Assembly (NCBI RefSeq): GCF_003334385.1
Contig: NZ_QOWN01000018.1
Reading direction: 5' to 3' (one strand)
DNA length: 64,000 nt
Source: Escherichia coli
Lineage (GTDB): Bacteria; Pseudomonadota; Gammaproteobacteria; Enterobacterales; Enterobacteriaceae
Shown here in pieces: positions 46,816 through 60,100 of this stretch. The notes under the pieces were generated by a model that saw nothing but the letters and a program-made list of their open reading frames with translations, ran no database searches and had not been told where the DNA came from. Made by a program: the position numbers and the translations under genes. How positions within the stretch are numbered: position 1 is the first letter of the stretch; each line of letters starts with the position of its first letter.

Positions 46816-46969
46816 TTTCGCCCCCAGCCATTTCTACAACGTGAATTGTACCTGTCCGCAATGACCATCAACGGCATAAATAGCGACCCATTTTGCGTTT
46901 ATTCCGCCGATAACGCGCGCGTAAAGGCATTTAAGCTGATGGCAGAATTTTGATACCTGCGGAGGAGAT
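46816..46969. promoter_or_regulatory. divergent flgA / flgB class 2 (FlhDC-dependent) promoter region
   Basis: Short intergenic region between the divergent flagellar operons. Individual sites were not mapped. Confidence 0.65.
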
Positions 46970-47386
46970 ATGCTCGATAAGCTCGACGCCGCCTTACGTT
47001 TTCAACAAGAGGCGCTCAATCTGCGCGCCCAGCGTCAGGAAGTGCTGGCAGCAAACATCGCCAATGCCGATACCCCTGGTTATCAGGCGCGCGATATCGA
47101 TTTTGCCAGTGAACTTAAAAAAGTCATGCAACGTGGACGGGATGCAACCAGTGTGGTTGCACTGACGATGACCTCAACGCAACACATTCCGGCGCAGGCG
47201 CTGACGCCTCCTACCGCAGAACTGCAATACCGTATTCCGGACCAGCCTTCGCTTGACGGTAATACCGTCGATATGGATCGCGAACGCACCCAGTTTGCCG
47301 ATAACAGCCTGCAATACCAGATGAGCCTTAGCGCGTTGAGCGGGCAAATCAAAGGCATGATGAACGTTTTACAGAGCGGAAATTAA
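46970..47386 (+). CDS. flgB: flagellar proximal rod protein
   Basis: 138-aa ORF. Confidence 0.96.
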
Positions 47387-47389
47387 CGG

Positions 47390-47794
47390 ATGGCACTGCT
47401 GAATATTTTTGATATCGCCGGGTCGGCGTTAACTGCCCAGTCCCAGCGCCTGAACGTGGCGGCCAGTAATCTGGCGAATGCTGATAGCGTGACCGGTCCC
47501 GATGGACAGCCATATCGGGCAAAACAGGTGGTATTCCAGGTTAACGCTGCACCAGGTGCTGCGACAGGCGGCGTAAAGGTTGCCGATGTTATAGAAAGTC
47601 AGGCCCCGGACAAACTGGTTTATGAACCGGGTAATCCGCTGGCAGATGCAAAGGGCTACGTAAAAATGCCGAACGTTGATGTTGTCGGAGAGATGGTTAA
47701 CACCATGTCGGCGTCACGCAGCTATCAGGCCAATGTTGAAGTGCTCAACACGGTGAAAAGCATGATGCTGAAAACCCTTACGCTCGGTCAATAA
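47390..47794 (+). CDS. flgC: flagellar proximal rod protein
   Basis: 134-aa ORF. Confidence 0.96.
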
Positions 47795-47805
47795 AGGAGA
47801 AAGCT

Positions 47806-48501
47806 ATGTCCATTGCGGTAACCACCACCGATCCGACAAATACCGGCGTCAGTACCACCAGCAGTAGTTCGCTCACGGGCAGCAACGCCGCAGATTTACA
47901 AAGCAGTTTTCTGACTTTGCTGGTGGCGCAGCTGAAAAACCAGGACCCGACCAATCCAATGGAAAACAACGAGCTGACGTCGCAATTGGCACAAATCAGC
48001 ACGGTCAGCGGGATTGAAAAACTCAATACCACGCTCGGATCTATTTCCGGACAGATTGATAACAGCCAGTCGTTACAGGCCAGTAACCTGATCGGTCACG
48101 GCGTGATGATCCCCGGCACCACTGTTCTTGCGGGAACCGGCAGTGAAGAAGGGGCTGTGACCACGACCACGCCGTTTGGTGTTGAGCTGCAACAGGCGGC
48201 AGACAAAGTTACGGCCACCATCACCGATAAAAATGGCGCGGTTGTGCGCACCATTGATATTGGTGAACTGACCGCCGGAGTTCACAGTTTCACCTGGGAC
48301 GGTACGTTGACTGATGGCAGCACTGCGCCGAACGGTTCTTACAATGTAGCGATTAGCGCCAGTAACGGTGGTACACAACTGGTTGCCCAGCCGCTGCAGT
48401 TTGCTCTGGTGCAGGGTGTGATCCGCGGCAACAGCGGTAATACGCTGGATCTCGGCACTTACGGCACCACCACCCTCGACGAAGTACGGCAGATAATTTA
48501 A
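47806..48501 (+). CDS. flgD: flagellar hook cap / scaffolding protein
   Basis: 231-aa ORF. Confidence 0.96.
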   Translation: MSIAVTTTDPTNTGVSTTSSSSLTGSNAADLQSSFLTLLVAQLKNQDPTNPMENNELTSQLAQISTVSGIEKLNTTLGSISGQIDNSQSLQASNLIGHGVMIPGTTVLAGTGSEEGAVTTTTPFGVELQQAADKVTATITDKNGAVVRTIDIGELTAGVHSFTWDGTLTDGSTAPNGSYNVAISASNGGTQLVAQPLQFALVQGVIRGNSGNTLDLGTYGTTTLDEVRQII

Positions 48502-48525
48502 GCCTTCACATTTCAGGAGTCAGTC

Positions 48526-49734
48526 ATGGCCTTTTCTCAAGCGGTTAGCGGATTAAACGCTGCCGCCACCAACCTCGATGTTATTGGCAACAATATCGCC
48601 AACTCCGCCACCTACGGCTTTAAATCAGGCACGGCCTCTTTTGCCGATATGTTTGCCGGTTCGAAAGTGGGACTGGGGGTAAAAGTTGCCGGTATCACTC
48701 AGGACTTTACCGATGGCACGACCACCAACACCGGGCGAGGTCTGGACGTTGCTATCAGCCAGAACGGTTTTTTCCGTCTGGTAGACAGCAACGGTTCGGT
48801 GTTCTACAGCCGTAACGGACAATTTAAGCTGGATGAAAACCGTAACCTGGTGAATATGCAAGGTTTACAGCTGACGGGTTACCCGGCAACCGGTACGCCG
48901 CCGACTATTCAGCAAGGGGCGAATCCGACCAATATTTCGATCCCGAATACCCTGATGGCAGCGAAAACTACCACCACGGCATCGATGCAGATCAACCTGA
49001 ATTCCAGTGATCCGCTTCCTACTGTTACGCCATTCAGCGCCAGCAATGCGGATAGCTATAACAAAAAAGGTTCGGTGACTGTTTTCGACAGTCAGGGTAA
49101 TGCTCATGACATGAGCGTCTACTTTGTGAAGACCGGGGATAATAACTGGCAGGTCTACACCCAGGATAGCAGTGATCCAAACAGCATTGCGAAGACAGCG
49201 ACAACACTGGAATTTAATGCTAATGGCACATTAGTGGATGGTGCGATGGCGAATAATATCGCAACCGGCGCAATTAACGGTGCAGAACCCGCCACGTTTA
49301 GTCTGAGCTTCCTCAACTCCATGCAGCAAAATACCGGCGCTAACAATATTGTGGCAACCACCCAGAACGGCTACAAACCGGGCGATCTGGTGAGTTATCA
49401 AATCAATGATGACGGTACGGTTGTCGGCAACTATTCCAACGAACAAACCCAACTGCTGGGGCAGATTGTACTGGCGAACTTTGCCAACAACGAAGGTCTG
49501 GCATCCGAAGGCGACAACGTCTGGTCTGCGACGCAATCTTCTGGCGTGGCGCTGTTGGGGACAGCCGGGACGGGAAACTTTGGCACCCTGACCAACGGTG
49601 CGCTGGAAGCGTCCAACGTCGATCTCAGTAAAGAACTGGTCAATATGATCGTTGCCCAGCGTAACTATCAGTCTAACGCCCAGACCATCAAAACCCAGGA
49701 CCAGATCCTCAACACGCTGGTTAACTTACGCTAA
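48526..49734 (+). CDS. flgE: flagellar hook protein
   Basis: 402-aa ORF. Confidence 0.96.
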   Translation: MAFSQAVSGLNAAATNLDVIGNNIANSATYGFKSGTASFADMFAGSKVGLGVKVAGITQDFTDGTTTNTGRGLDVAISQNGFFRLVDSNGSVFYSRNGQFKLDENRNLVNMQGLQLTGYPATGTPPTIQQGANPTNISIPNTLMAAKTTTTASMQINLNSSDPLPTVTPFSASNADSYNKKGSVTVFDSQGNAHDMSVYFVKTGDNNWQVYTQDSSDPNSIAKTATTLEFNANGTLVDGAMANNIATGAINGAEPATFSLSFLNSMQQNTGANNIVATTQNGYKPGDLVSYQINDDGTVVGNYSNEQTQLLGQIVLANFANNEGLASEGDNVWSATQSSGVALLGTAGTGNFGTLTNGALEASNVDLSKELVNMIVAQRNYQSNAQTIKTQDQILNTLVNLR

Positions 49735-49753
49735 TCGCTGACGGGATAGCTCA

Positions 49754-50509
49754 ATGGATCACGCAATTTATACCGCGATGGGAGCAGCCAGCCAGACACT
49801 GAATCAACAGGCGGTAACCGCCAGTAATCTGGCCAATGCCTCAACGCCCGGTTTTCGCGCGCAGTTGAATGCTTTACGCGCGGTGCCAGTGGAAGGGCTT
49901 TCTCTGCCCACGCGCACGTTGGTCACGGCGTCAACGCCGGGCGCAGATATGACGCCCGGCAAAATGGATTACACCTCGCGCCCGCTGGACGTCGCGTTGC
50001 AGCAGGATGGCTGGCTGGCCGTGCAGACCGCTGACGGCAGCGAAGGGTATACGCGTAATGGCAGCATTCAGGTTGATCCCACCGGGCAACTGACAATTCA
50101 GGGGCATCCGGTGATAGGCGAGGCTGGGCCAATTGCTGTGCCGGAAGGGGCGGAAATCACTATTGCTGCCGATGGCACAATCTCGGCGCTCAATCCGGGC
50201 GATCCGGCAAATACGGTTGCGCCAGTAGGGCGTCTTAAACTGGTGAAAGCCACGGGCAGCGAAGTGCAGCGCGGTGACGACGGCATTTTTCGTTTAAGCG
50301 CAGAAACCCAGGCCACGCGTGGGCCGGTACTGCAGGCAGATCCAACCTTGCGTGTGATGTCGGGGGTTCTGGAAGGCAGTAACGTCAATGCCGTTGCGGC
50401 AATGAGCGACATGATTGCCAGCGCGCGGCGTTTTGAAATGCAGATGAAGGTGATCAGCAGCGTCGATGATAACGCAGGCCGTGCCAACCAACTGCTGTCG
50501 ATGAGTTAA
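49754..50509 (+). CDS. flgF: flagellar proximal rod protein
   Basis: 251-aa ORF. Confidence 0.96.
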   Translation: MDHAIYTAMGAASQTLNQQAVTASNLANASTPGFRAQLNALRAVPVEGLSLPTRTLVTASTPGADMTPGKMDYTSRPLDVALQQDGWLAVQTADGSEGYTRNGSIQVDPTGQLTIQGHPVIGEAGPIAVPEGAEITIAADGTISALNPGDPANTVAPVGRLKLVKATGSEVQRGDDGIFRLSAETQATRGPVLQADPTLRVMSGVLEGSNVNAVAAMSDMIASARRFEMQMKVISSVDDNAGRANQLLSMS

Positions 50510-50601
50510 TTGAAAGGATACATGACAAGTATAAGTTGCCCGATGCGCAAGTTTATCGGGTCTATGGGGGCAATCGCAATTTATCGATTTTGCGAGCACT
50601 T

Positions 50602-50637
<36 letters not shown>

Positions 50638-50662
50638 GAAGACATATGCACTTTGTCACTAA

Positions 50663-51463
<801 letters not shown>

Positions 51464-51515
51464 GGCTTAACCGGTGGCAGGTTCACCGGTTTACTGATTT
51501 TTGAAGATGATAGCC

Positions 51516-52214
51516 ATGCAAAAAAACGCTGCGCATACTTATGCCATTTCCAGCTTGTTGGTGCTTTCACTAACCGGCTGCGCCTGGATACCCTCCACGC
51601 CGCTGGTGCAGGGGGCGACCAGTGCACAACCGGTTCCCGGTCCGACGCCCGTCGCCAACGGTTCTATTTTCCAGTCTGCTCAGCCGATTAACTATGGCTA
51701 TCAACCGCTGTTTGAAGATCGTCGACCACGCAATATTGGCGATACGCTGACCATCGTGTTGCAGGAGAACGTCAGCGCCAGCAAAAGCTCCTCTGCGAAT
51801 GCCAGCCGTGACGGTAAAACTAATTTTGGCTTTGATACTGTGCCGCGCTATTTGCAGGGGCTGTTTGGTAACGCTCGTGCCGATGTCGAAGCCTCCGGTG
51901 GTAACACGTTCAACGGAAAGGGCGGGGCCAATGCCAGCAATACCTTTAGCGGCACGTTGACGGTGACGGTTGACCAGGTACTGGTCAACGGCAACCTGCA
52001 TGTGGTGGGTGAAAAACAGATTGCCATTAATCAGGGTACCGAATTTATTCGCTTCTCTGGCGTGGTTAATCCACGCACTATCAGCGGCAGCAATACCGTA
52101 CCGTCTACTCAGGTGGCGGATGCGCGCATTGAATACGTAGGCAATGGCTACATTAACGAAGCGCAAAATATGGGCTGGTTGCAGCGTTTCTTCCTTAACC
52201 TGTCGCCAATGTAA
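51516..52214 (+). CDS. flgH: flagellar L-ring lipoprotein
   Basis: Start trimmed to [22 protein letters not shown] (232 aa). Confidence 0.95.
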
Positions 52215-52225
52215 GTGAGGCTGTG

Positions 52226-53323
52226 GTGATTAAATTTCTCTCTGCATTAATTCTTCTACTGGTCACGACGGCGGCTCAGGCTGAGCGTATTCGCGATCTC
52301 ACCAGTGTTCAGGGGGTAAGGCAAAACTCACTGATTGGCTATGGTCTGGTGGTGGGGCTGGATGGCACCGGTGACCAGACAACCCAGACGCCGTTTACCA
52401 CACAAACGCTTAATAACATGCTCTCACAGCTGGGAATTACCGTTCCGACGGGCACCAATATGCAGCTAAAAAACGTCGCTGCGGTAATGGTGACAGCGTC
52501 ACTTCCTCCGTTTGGACGTCAGGGGCAAACCATCGATGTGGTGGTTTCTTCCATGGGAAATGCCAAAAGCTTGCGTGGAGGTACGTTGTTGATGACACCG
52601 CTTAAGGGCGTTGACAGTCAGGTGTATGCGCTGGCGCAGGGCAATATTCTGGTTGGCGGCGCAGGAGCCTCCGCTGGCGGTAGCAGTGTTCAGGTTAACC
52701 AACTGAACGGTGGACGGATCACCAATGGTGCGGTTATTGAACGTGAATTGCCCAGCCAGTTTGGCGTCGGGAATACCCTTAATTTGCAACTTAACGACGA
52801 AGATTTCAGCATGGCGCAGCAAATCGCTGACACCATCAACCGCGTGCGTGGATATGGCAGCGCCACCGCGTTAGATGCGCGGACTATTCAGGTGCGCGTA
52901 CCGAGTGGCAACAGTTCCCAGGTCCGCTTCCTTGCCGATATTCAGAATATGCAGGTTAATGTCACCCCGCAGGACGCTAAAGTAGTGATTAACTCGCGCA
53001 CCGGTTCGGTGGTGATGAATCGCGAAGTGACCCTCGACAGCTGCGCGGTAGCGCAGGGGAATCTCTCAGTAACAGTTAATCGTCAGGCCAATGTCAGCCA
53101 GCCAGATACACCGTTTGGTGGTGGACAGACTGTGGTTACTCCACAAACGCAGATCGATTTACGCCAGAGCGGCGGTTCGCTGCAAAGCGTACGTTCCAGC
53201 GCCAGCCTCAATAACGTGGTGCGCGCGCTCAATGCGCTGGGCGCTACGCCGATGGATCTGATGTCCATACTGCAATCAATGCAAAGTGCGGGATGTCTGC
53301 GGGCAAAACTGGAAATCATCTGA
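52226..53323 (+). CDS. flgI: flagellar P-ring protein
   Basis: GTG start 52226 ([19 protein letters not shown], 365 aa). Confidence 0.95.
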
Positions 53324-54264
53324 TGATCAGCGACAGCAAACTACTGGCAAGTGCGGCCTGGGATGCGCAATCACTCAACGAACTAAAGGCGAAAGCGGGC
53401 GAAGATCCGGCGGCAAATATCCGTCCGGTGGCCCGTCAGGTGGAAGGGATGTTCGTGCAGATGATGTTGAAAAGCATGCGCGACGCTTTACCAAAAGATG
53501 GCCTGTTCAGCAGCGAGCACACTCGCCTGTATACCAGTATGTATGACCAGCAGATTGCCCAACAGATGACGGCGGGCAAAGGTCTGGGGCTTGCAGAGAT
53601 GATGGTTAAACAGATGACGCCAGAACAACCATTGCCAGAGGAGTCCACGCCAGCAGCACCGATGAAATTCCCGCTCGAAACTGTGGTGCGTTATCAAAAT
53701 CAGGCGCTTTCGCAGCTGGTGCAAAAGGCCGTGCCACGTAACTACGATGATTCGCTGCCGGGTGACAGTAAAGAATTCCTCGCGCAACTCTCGCTGCCCG
53801 CCCAACTGGCAAGCCAGCAAAGCGGTGTGCCACATCATTTGATCCTCGCTCAGGCGGCACTGGAATCTGGTTGGGGGCAACGGCAAATCCGCCGCGAAAA
53901 CGGCGAGCCGAGCTATAACCTGTTTGGTGTCAAAGCCTCTGGCAACTGGAAAGGGCCAGTTACTGAAATCACCACGACTGAATATGAAAACGGCGAAGCG
54001 AAGAAAGTAAAAGCGAAGTTTCGCGTCTACAGCTCGTATCTGGAAGCCTTGTCGGATTACGTTGGGCTGTTAACGCGTAACCCGCGCTACGCCGCCGTGA
54101 CGACCGCCGCGAGTGCGGAACAGGGGGCGCAGGCCCTACAGGACGCGGGCTATGCCACCGATCCTCACTATGCCCGCAAACTCACCAACATGATTCAGCA
54201 GATGAAATCGATAAGCGACAAGGTGAGCAAAACCTACAGTATGAACATTGATAATCTGTTCTGA
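53323..54264 (+). CDS. flgJ: flagellar rod cap / peptidoglycan hydrolase
   Basis: Start trimmed to [14 protein letters not shown] (313 aa). ATG overlaps the flgI stop. Confidence 0.95.
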   Translation: MISDSKLLASAAWDAQSLNELKAKAGEDPAANIRPVARQVEGMFVQMMLKSMRDALPKDGLFSSEHTRLYTSMYDQQIAQQMTAGKGLGLAEMMVKQMTPEQPLPEESTPAAPMKFPLETVVRYQNQALSQLVQKAVPRNYDDSLPGDSKEFLAQLSLPAQLASQQSGVPHHLILAQAALESGWGQRQIRRENGEPSYNLFGVKASGNWKGPVTEITTTEYENGEAKKVKAKFRVYSSYLEALSDYVGLLTRNPRYAAVTTAASAEQGAQALQDAGYATDPHYARKLTNMIQQMKSISDKVSKTYSMNIDNLF

Positions 54265-54269
54265 ATAAC

Positions 54270-54296
54270 TCAAGTCCGGCGGGTCGCTGCCGATAA
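54270..54296 (+). promoter_or_regulatory. sigma-28 class 3 promoter for flgKL
   Basis: TCAAGTCC-N11-GCCGATAA. Confidence 0.7.
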
Positions 54297-54329
54297 TACT
54301 CTGTAATTGAAGGCTTATAAGGAACCTCC

Positions 54330-55973
54330 ATGTCCAGCTTGATTAATAACGCCATGAGCGGACTGAACGCGGCCCAGGCGGCGTTAAATACGGCAAGTAA
54401 TAATATCTCCAGCTATAACGTTGCCGGATATACCCGCCAAACCACTATTATGGCGCAGGCCAATAGCACGTTGGGCGCTGGCGGCTGGGTTGGCAATGGT
54501 GTCTACGTTTCTGGTGTGCAGCGTGAGTATGATGCGTTTATTACCAACCAGTTACGTGCGGCGCAGACGCAAAGTAGCGGTCTGACTGCCCGCTATGAGC
54601 AGATGTCGAAAATCGACAATATGCTCTCCACCAGTACCTCTTCGCTGGCAACACAGATGCAGGATTTCTTCACCAGCCTGCAAACGCTGGTGAGTAACGC
54701 GGAAGACCCGGCAGCGCGCCAGGCGCTGATTGGGAAATCAGAAGGATTGGTGAATCAGTTTAAAACCACCGATCAATATCTGCGCGACCAGGACAAACAG
54801 GTCAATATCGCGATAGGTGCCAGCGTTGATCAGATCAACAACTACGCTAAACAAATTGCCAGCCTGAACGATCAAATCTCGCGCCTGACAGGCGTGGGGG
54901 CAGGGGCGTCACCTAACAATCTGCTGGATCAACGCGATCAACTGGTGAGCGAATTAAACCAGATTGTTGGTGTAGAAGTCAGCGTTCAGGATGGCGGCAC
55001 TTATAACATCACGATGGCCAATGGTTACTCACTGGTTCAGGGAAGTACGGCGCGGCAACTGGCGGCAGTTCCTTCCAGCGCTGACCCTTCTCGTACGACT
55101 GTCGCTTATGTTGATGGGACGGCAGGCAATATTGAGATCCCGGAGAAATTACTGAATACCGGGTCGCTGGGCGGCATTCTGACATTCCGTTCTCAGGATC
55201 TGGACCAGACGCGTAATACGCTTGGACAACTGGCGCTGGCATTTGCCGAGGCTTTCAACACCCAACACAAAGCCGGATTTGATGCTAACGGCGATGCCGG
55301 TGAAGATTTCTTTGCTATCGGTAAGCCCGCGGTTCTGCAAAACACGAAAAACAAAGGTGACGTTGCGATCGGTGCCACGGTAACTGATGCCTCCGCGGTA
55401 CTGGCGACAGATTACAAAATCTCGTTCGATAATAATCAGTGGCAGGTCACCCGCCTTGCCAGCAATACCACTTTTACGGTGACGCCGGATGCCAACGGTA
55501 AAGTGGCATTTGATGGTCTGGAGTTGACGTTTACAGGAACGCCTGCCGTTAACGACAGCTTCACGCTGAAACCAGTAAGTGACGCCATCGTCAACATGGA
55601 TGTATTAATCACCGACGAAGCGAAAATAGCGATGGCGAGCGAAGAAGATGCGGGTGATAGCGATAACCGCAACGGTCAGGCCCTGCTGGATCTGCAAAGC
55701 AACAGTAAAACGGTGGGCGGTGCGAAATCCTTTAACGACGCTTATGCCTCGTTAGTGAGTGATATCGGTAATAAAACCGCGACGTTGAAAACCAGTAGCG
55801 CCACGCAAGGTAATGTGGTGACGCAGCTTTCCAATCAGCAGCAGTCGATTTCCGGTGTCAATCTCGATGAGGAGTACGGAAATCTGCAACGTTTTCAGCA
55901 GTATTACCTGGCGAATGCGCAGGTTCTGCAGACGGCAAACGCGATTTTTGATGCGCTGATTAACATTCGCTAA
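54330..55973 (+). CDS. flgK: hook-filament junction protein 1
   Basis: 547-aa ORF. Confidence 0.96.
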   Translation: MSSLINNAMSGLNAAQAALNTASNNISSYNVAGYTRQTTIMAQANSTLGAGGWVGNGVYVSGVQREYDAFITNQLRAAQTQSSGLTARYEQMSKIDNMLSTSTSSLATQMQDFFTSLQTLVSNAEDPAARQALIGKSEGLVNQFKTTDQYLRDQDKQVNIAIGASVDQINNYAKQIASLNDQISRLTGVGAGASPNNLLDQRDQLVSELNQIVGVEVSVQDGGTYNITMANGYSLVQGSTARQLAAVPSSADPSRTTVAYVDGTAGNIEIPEKLLNTGSLGGILTFRSQDLDQTRNTLGQLALAFAEAFNTQHKAGFDANGDAGEDFFAIGKPAVLQNTKNKGDVAIGATVTDASAVLATDYKISFDNNQWQVTRLASNTTFTVTPDANGKVAFDGLELTFTGTPAVNDSFTLKPVSDAIVNMDVLITDEAKIAMASEEDAGDSDNRNGQALLDLQSNSKTVGGAKSFNDAYASLVSDIGNKTATLKTSSATQGNVVTQLSNQQQSISGVNLDEEYGNLQRFQQYYLANAQVLQTANAIFDALINIR

Positions 55974-55984
55974 GGGGAGATAAG

Positions 55985-56938
55985 ATGCGTTTCAGTACAC
56001 AGATGATGTACCAGCAAAACATGCGTGGTATCACCAATTCTCAGGCAGAATGGATGAAGTACGGCGAACAGATGTCGACGGGTAAGCGAGTCGTTAACCC
56101 TTCTGACGATCCCATTGCTGCATCACAAGCCGTAGTTCTCTCCCAGGCACAGGCGCAAAACAGCCAGTACACGCTGGCGCGTACTTTCGCCACTCAAAAA
56201 GTGTCACTGGAAGAGAGTGTACTTAGCCAGGTCACCACTGCTATCCAGAATGCTCAGGAAAAAATTGTCTACGCCAGCAATGGCACCTTGAGTGACGATG
56301 ACCGGGCCTCGCTGGCTACGGATATTCAGGGGCTTCGTGACCAGTTGCTGAATCTGGCAAACACCACTGACGGTAACGGGCGCTACATTTTTGCCGGTTA
56401 TAAAACAGAGACTGCGCCGTTTAGCGAAGAGAAAGGGAAATACGTCGGTGGAGCAGAAAGTATTAAACAACAGGTCGATGCTTCGCGTTCGATGGTGATA
56501 GGGCACACGGGTGACAAAATTTTCGACAGTATTACCAGCAACGCGGTAGCGGAACCAGACGGTAGCGCTTCTGAAACCAATCTTTTTGCCATGCTGGATA
56601 GTGCCATCGCAGCCCTGAAAACGCCGGTCGCGGATAGCGAAGCGGATAAAGAAACCGCCGCTGCGGCGTTAGATAAAACCAACCGCGGACTGAAAAACTC
56701 GCTGAACAATGTGCTGACTGTTCGCGCGGAATTAGGCACGCAGCTGAACGAACTGGAGTCGCTGGATTCATTAGGTAGCGATCGCGCTTTAGGGCAAACG
56801 CAGCAGATGAGCGATCTGGTTGATGTGGACTGGAATGCAACTATTTCATCTTACATCATGCAGCAAACGGCATTGCAGGCATCGTATAAAGCATTTACCG
56901 ATATGCAGGGATTGTCGCTCTTCCAGCTCAGCAAATAA
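55985..56938 (+). CDS. flgL: hook-filament junction protein 3
   Basis: 317-aa ORF. Confidence 0.96.
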   Translation: MRFSTQMMYQQNMRGITNSQAEWMKYGEQMSTGKRVVNPSDDPIAASQAVVLSQAQAQNSQYTLARTFATQKVSLEESVLSQVTTAIQNAQEKIVYASNGTLSDDDRASLATDIQGLRDQLLNLANTTDGNGRYIFAGYKTETAPFSEEKGKYVGGAESIKQQVDASRSMVIGHTGDKIFDSITSNAVAEPDGSASETNLFAMLDSAIAALKTPVADSEADKETAAAALDKTNRGLKNSLNNVLTVRAELGTQLNELESLDSLGSDRALGQTQQMSDLVDVDWNATISSYIMQQTALQASYKAFTDMQGLSLFQLSK

Positions 56939-57082
56939 TTTCGCTTTAAAACATATCATGAAACTGGGTATGTTTTGTCTGCCTGCTCTGGGATCGCTGG
57001 GGCGGGCATTTTTTTGCCTATTTTGCATTGTTGGTTAGCAAGGATGCCATTCGATGAATTTTAATATGTTGATTCAAAGATG

Positions 57083-57114
57083 AAATAAAAAAGCCCTGGC
57101 AGTTACCAGGGCTT
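57083..57114 (-). terminator. rho-independent terminator of rne
   Basis: The minus strand reads AAGCCCTGG-TAACTG-CCAGGGCTT followed by a T-run. Confidence 0.75.
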
Positions 57115-57133
57115 GATTACTTTGAGCTAATTA

Positions 57134-60100
57134 TTACTCAACAGGTTGCGGACGCGCAGGAGCGGCAGAGGCATGATGTGTTGCCGTATGACCACCTGCG
57201 GCACCTTTACCTTCGAAGGCAAAAGTAGGGCGCTGCCAGTCACTGTGACGCGGTGCCTCCGGAACATATTCCGGTGCTGGAGCGCGCGTCATTGGCGCGG
57301 TAGCGTGGTTATGCTCAACGGTGACCTCAGGTTCGACCGCAGCTACCGTTTCAACTTCTGCTGCGACTTCAGCGACTACTGGCGCGGCAGGTTGAGCAAC
57401 AACTTCAGGTTCAGCAACTACAACCTCAGCAGTTTCGACAACTTCTTCAATATCTGCCGTCTCTTCCTGCGGTTCAACCACCGGTTCTGCTTGTTCTGCA
57501 ACTTCCTGGGCTACGGCAACATCAGACTCGGTAATCACCTGCGGCTGTTCAGTTACCGCGGCAGCGATCACTTCAGGATGCGTCGTTTCAACCACTTCCG
57601 GTTGCGGTTCGGCAACCTGAACGGGGGCTTCTACGACACCGGCCACTTCTTCAACAACTGGCGCGCTAACAACCGGTTCGATAGCGGCGGCGACAGGGAC
57701 CTCAGTCACCATCGGCTGCACATGTACTTCTTCCTGTTCGCGCTGCTCTTCAACCTGTACATCTTGCGGACGTACAATTGGATAGCGGATCCAGACTTTG
57801 CCAGAGGCCAGTTCCGGAGACGCGCACGCTACGGTCAACGGCATTGGCGACTGGGTTGGATAACGCTCGTCACGATAGCGACGACGACGCTGACCACTTA
57901 CGCGCAGGTGACGAGGCGAGCGGCGAGAACGACGCGGCATGCCACCGTTGTCACGGTTATCAGCATTGTTCTCTTCTTGCTGTTCTGGTGCAGTTTGCGC
58001 TACGACTGGCAGCGGGACTTTCACCAGTTCTGTGCGTGGAGCTGGCGCTTCCTGAACAATTGGTTCGGCAGCGACAGTTTCTTCAACCACCGGTGCGACT
58101 ACCGCTTCTTCGGCTACGCTTTGCTCGTAACGCACTTTCTGATTGAGCTGACGCTGTTTACGACGCGGCTGAACCGGACGTACACGTTCTTCCTGTTCGG
58201 TTTCCTGAACAGATTGCTCTTCAACATTCAGCGCCTTCGCTTCTTGTTGCGCCTGACGTTTATCATCATTACGGCGGCGGCTACGTTCACGACGCGGCGC
58301 TTGCTGCTCGTCGGCGGTACGCGCTTTTTCCGTTACCTCAGCCTGCTGACGGCTCTCACGCGTCTCGGCAGTCTGCTGCTGTGCCTGGCGACGATTACGA
58401 CGGTTTTCTTCGCGATTATCGCTGCCTTCAGTACGTTCACTACGGGTGTCGCGGCGCTCATTACGGTCACGGCGGTTGTTCTGACGAGGCTTGCGACGAT
58501 CCTGTTGACGTTCCGGTTTCGCTTCTGCTTTCGGTGCTGGTTGCTCGGTCGGTTTGGTTTCTTCACCACCGCTGAACAGCGCTTTCAGTGCGCCGAAGAA
58601 GCGGCTCAACAGCCCAGGTTGTGCAGGAGCTGCTGGTGTTGCCGGTGCAGCTTTCGGTGCTGGAGCTACAACAGGCGCGGCAGGTTCAGCTGGCGTTGGC
58701 GCAGGCGGCACATCCGGCATGGCAAAGGTTGCCAGCGCAGGTTGTTCCGGACGCTTACGTTCAGCGAACTCTTCTTCAGACGGCAGCGCCATCGCTTCTT
58801 CATGCAGCTTCGGCAGCATGTAGCTTAAGGTTGGGGTTTCTTCCCCTTTACGCACGCGCAGCACGTGGTAGTGCGGGGTTTCCATCTGATCGTTTGGCAC
58901 AATTACACAGCGCACACCGTCCTGACGAGTTTCAATGGCATTTACCGCAGAACGTTTTTCATTCAGCAGGTAAGAAGCGATTGGCACAGGAACAATGGCG
59001 TGAACTTCCTGGGTGTTCTCTTTCAGCGCTTCTTCTTCGATCAGACGCAGAATAGAGAGCGACAGCGATTCGTTGTCACGCACGGTGCCAGTACCAGAAC
59101 AACGCGGACAAACGTGATGACTGGATTCACCCAGTGATGGGCTCAGGCGCTGACGGGACATTTCCAGCAGGCCAAAGCGAGAAATATGGCTGATTTGAAT
59201 ACGCGCACGGTCCTGACGCACCGCTTCACGCAGACGGTTTTCTACCGCACGCTGGTGGCGTACTGGCGTCATGTCGATGAAGTCGATAACAATCAGGCCG
59301 CCGAGGTCACGCAGGCGCAGCTGACGAGCAATCTCATCGGCAGCTTCGAGGTTAGTGTTAAACGCGGTTTCTTCGATATCGCCGCCGCGGGTCGCGCGTG
59401 CGGAGTTGATGTCGATGGCCGTTAACGCTTCGGTGCTGTCGATAACAATGGAACCACCAGACGGCAGACGAACTTCACGCTGGAAGGCGGACTCGATCTG
59501 TGACTCGATCTGGTAGTGGCTGAACAGCGGGATCTCGCCGGTGTACAGTTTGATTTTGCTGCTGAAATCCGGGCGACCTAATGCAGCGATATGCTGACGT
59601 GCCAGTTCGAGCACTTTCGGGTTATCGATAAGGATTTCGCCGATGTCCTGACGTAAGTAATCGCGGAATGCGCGAACGATTACGTTGCTCTCCTGATGAA
59701 TCAGGAACGGGGCCGGGCGGCTTTCAGCGGCTTTTTTGATGGCTTCCCAGTGTTTCAGACGGAAGCTTAAATCCCATTGCAGCGCCTCAGCAGATTTGCC
59801 GACGCCAGCGGTGCGCACGATAAGCCCCATGCCTTCCGGCAGTTCAAGGCTTGCCAGTGCTTCTTTTAATTCGGTACGGTCGTCGCCTTCGATACGGCGA
59901 GAAATGCCACCCGCGCGCGGGTTGTTCGGCATCAGAACCAGATAGCTACCCGCCAGACTGATAAAGGTGGTTAATGCCGCGCCTTTGTTGCCGCGCTCTT
60001 CTTTATCGATCTGAACAATGACTTCCTGACCTTCACGCAACACATCTTTAATGTTGGGACGACCATGAGCACTGTAGTTAGCAGGGAAATATTCGCGGGC

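Noticed and set aside
57146-58828. 560-aa ORF and several other long ORFs antisense or out of frame within rne
   Set aside because: They lie entirely inside the well-supported RNase E gene. Their low-complexity Arg/Phe/Leu-rich composition mirrors the repetitive, GC-skewed scaffold-domain coding sequence.
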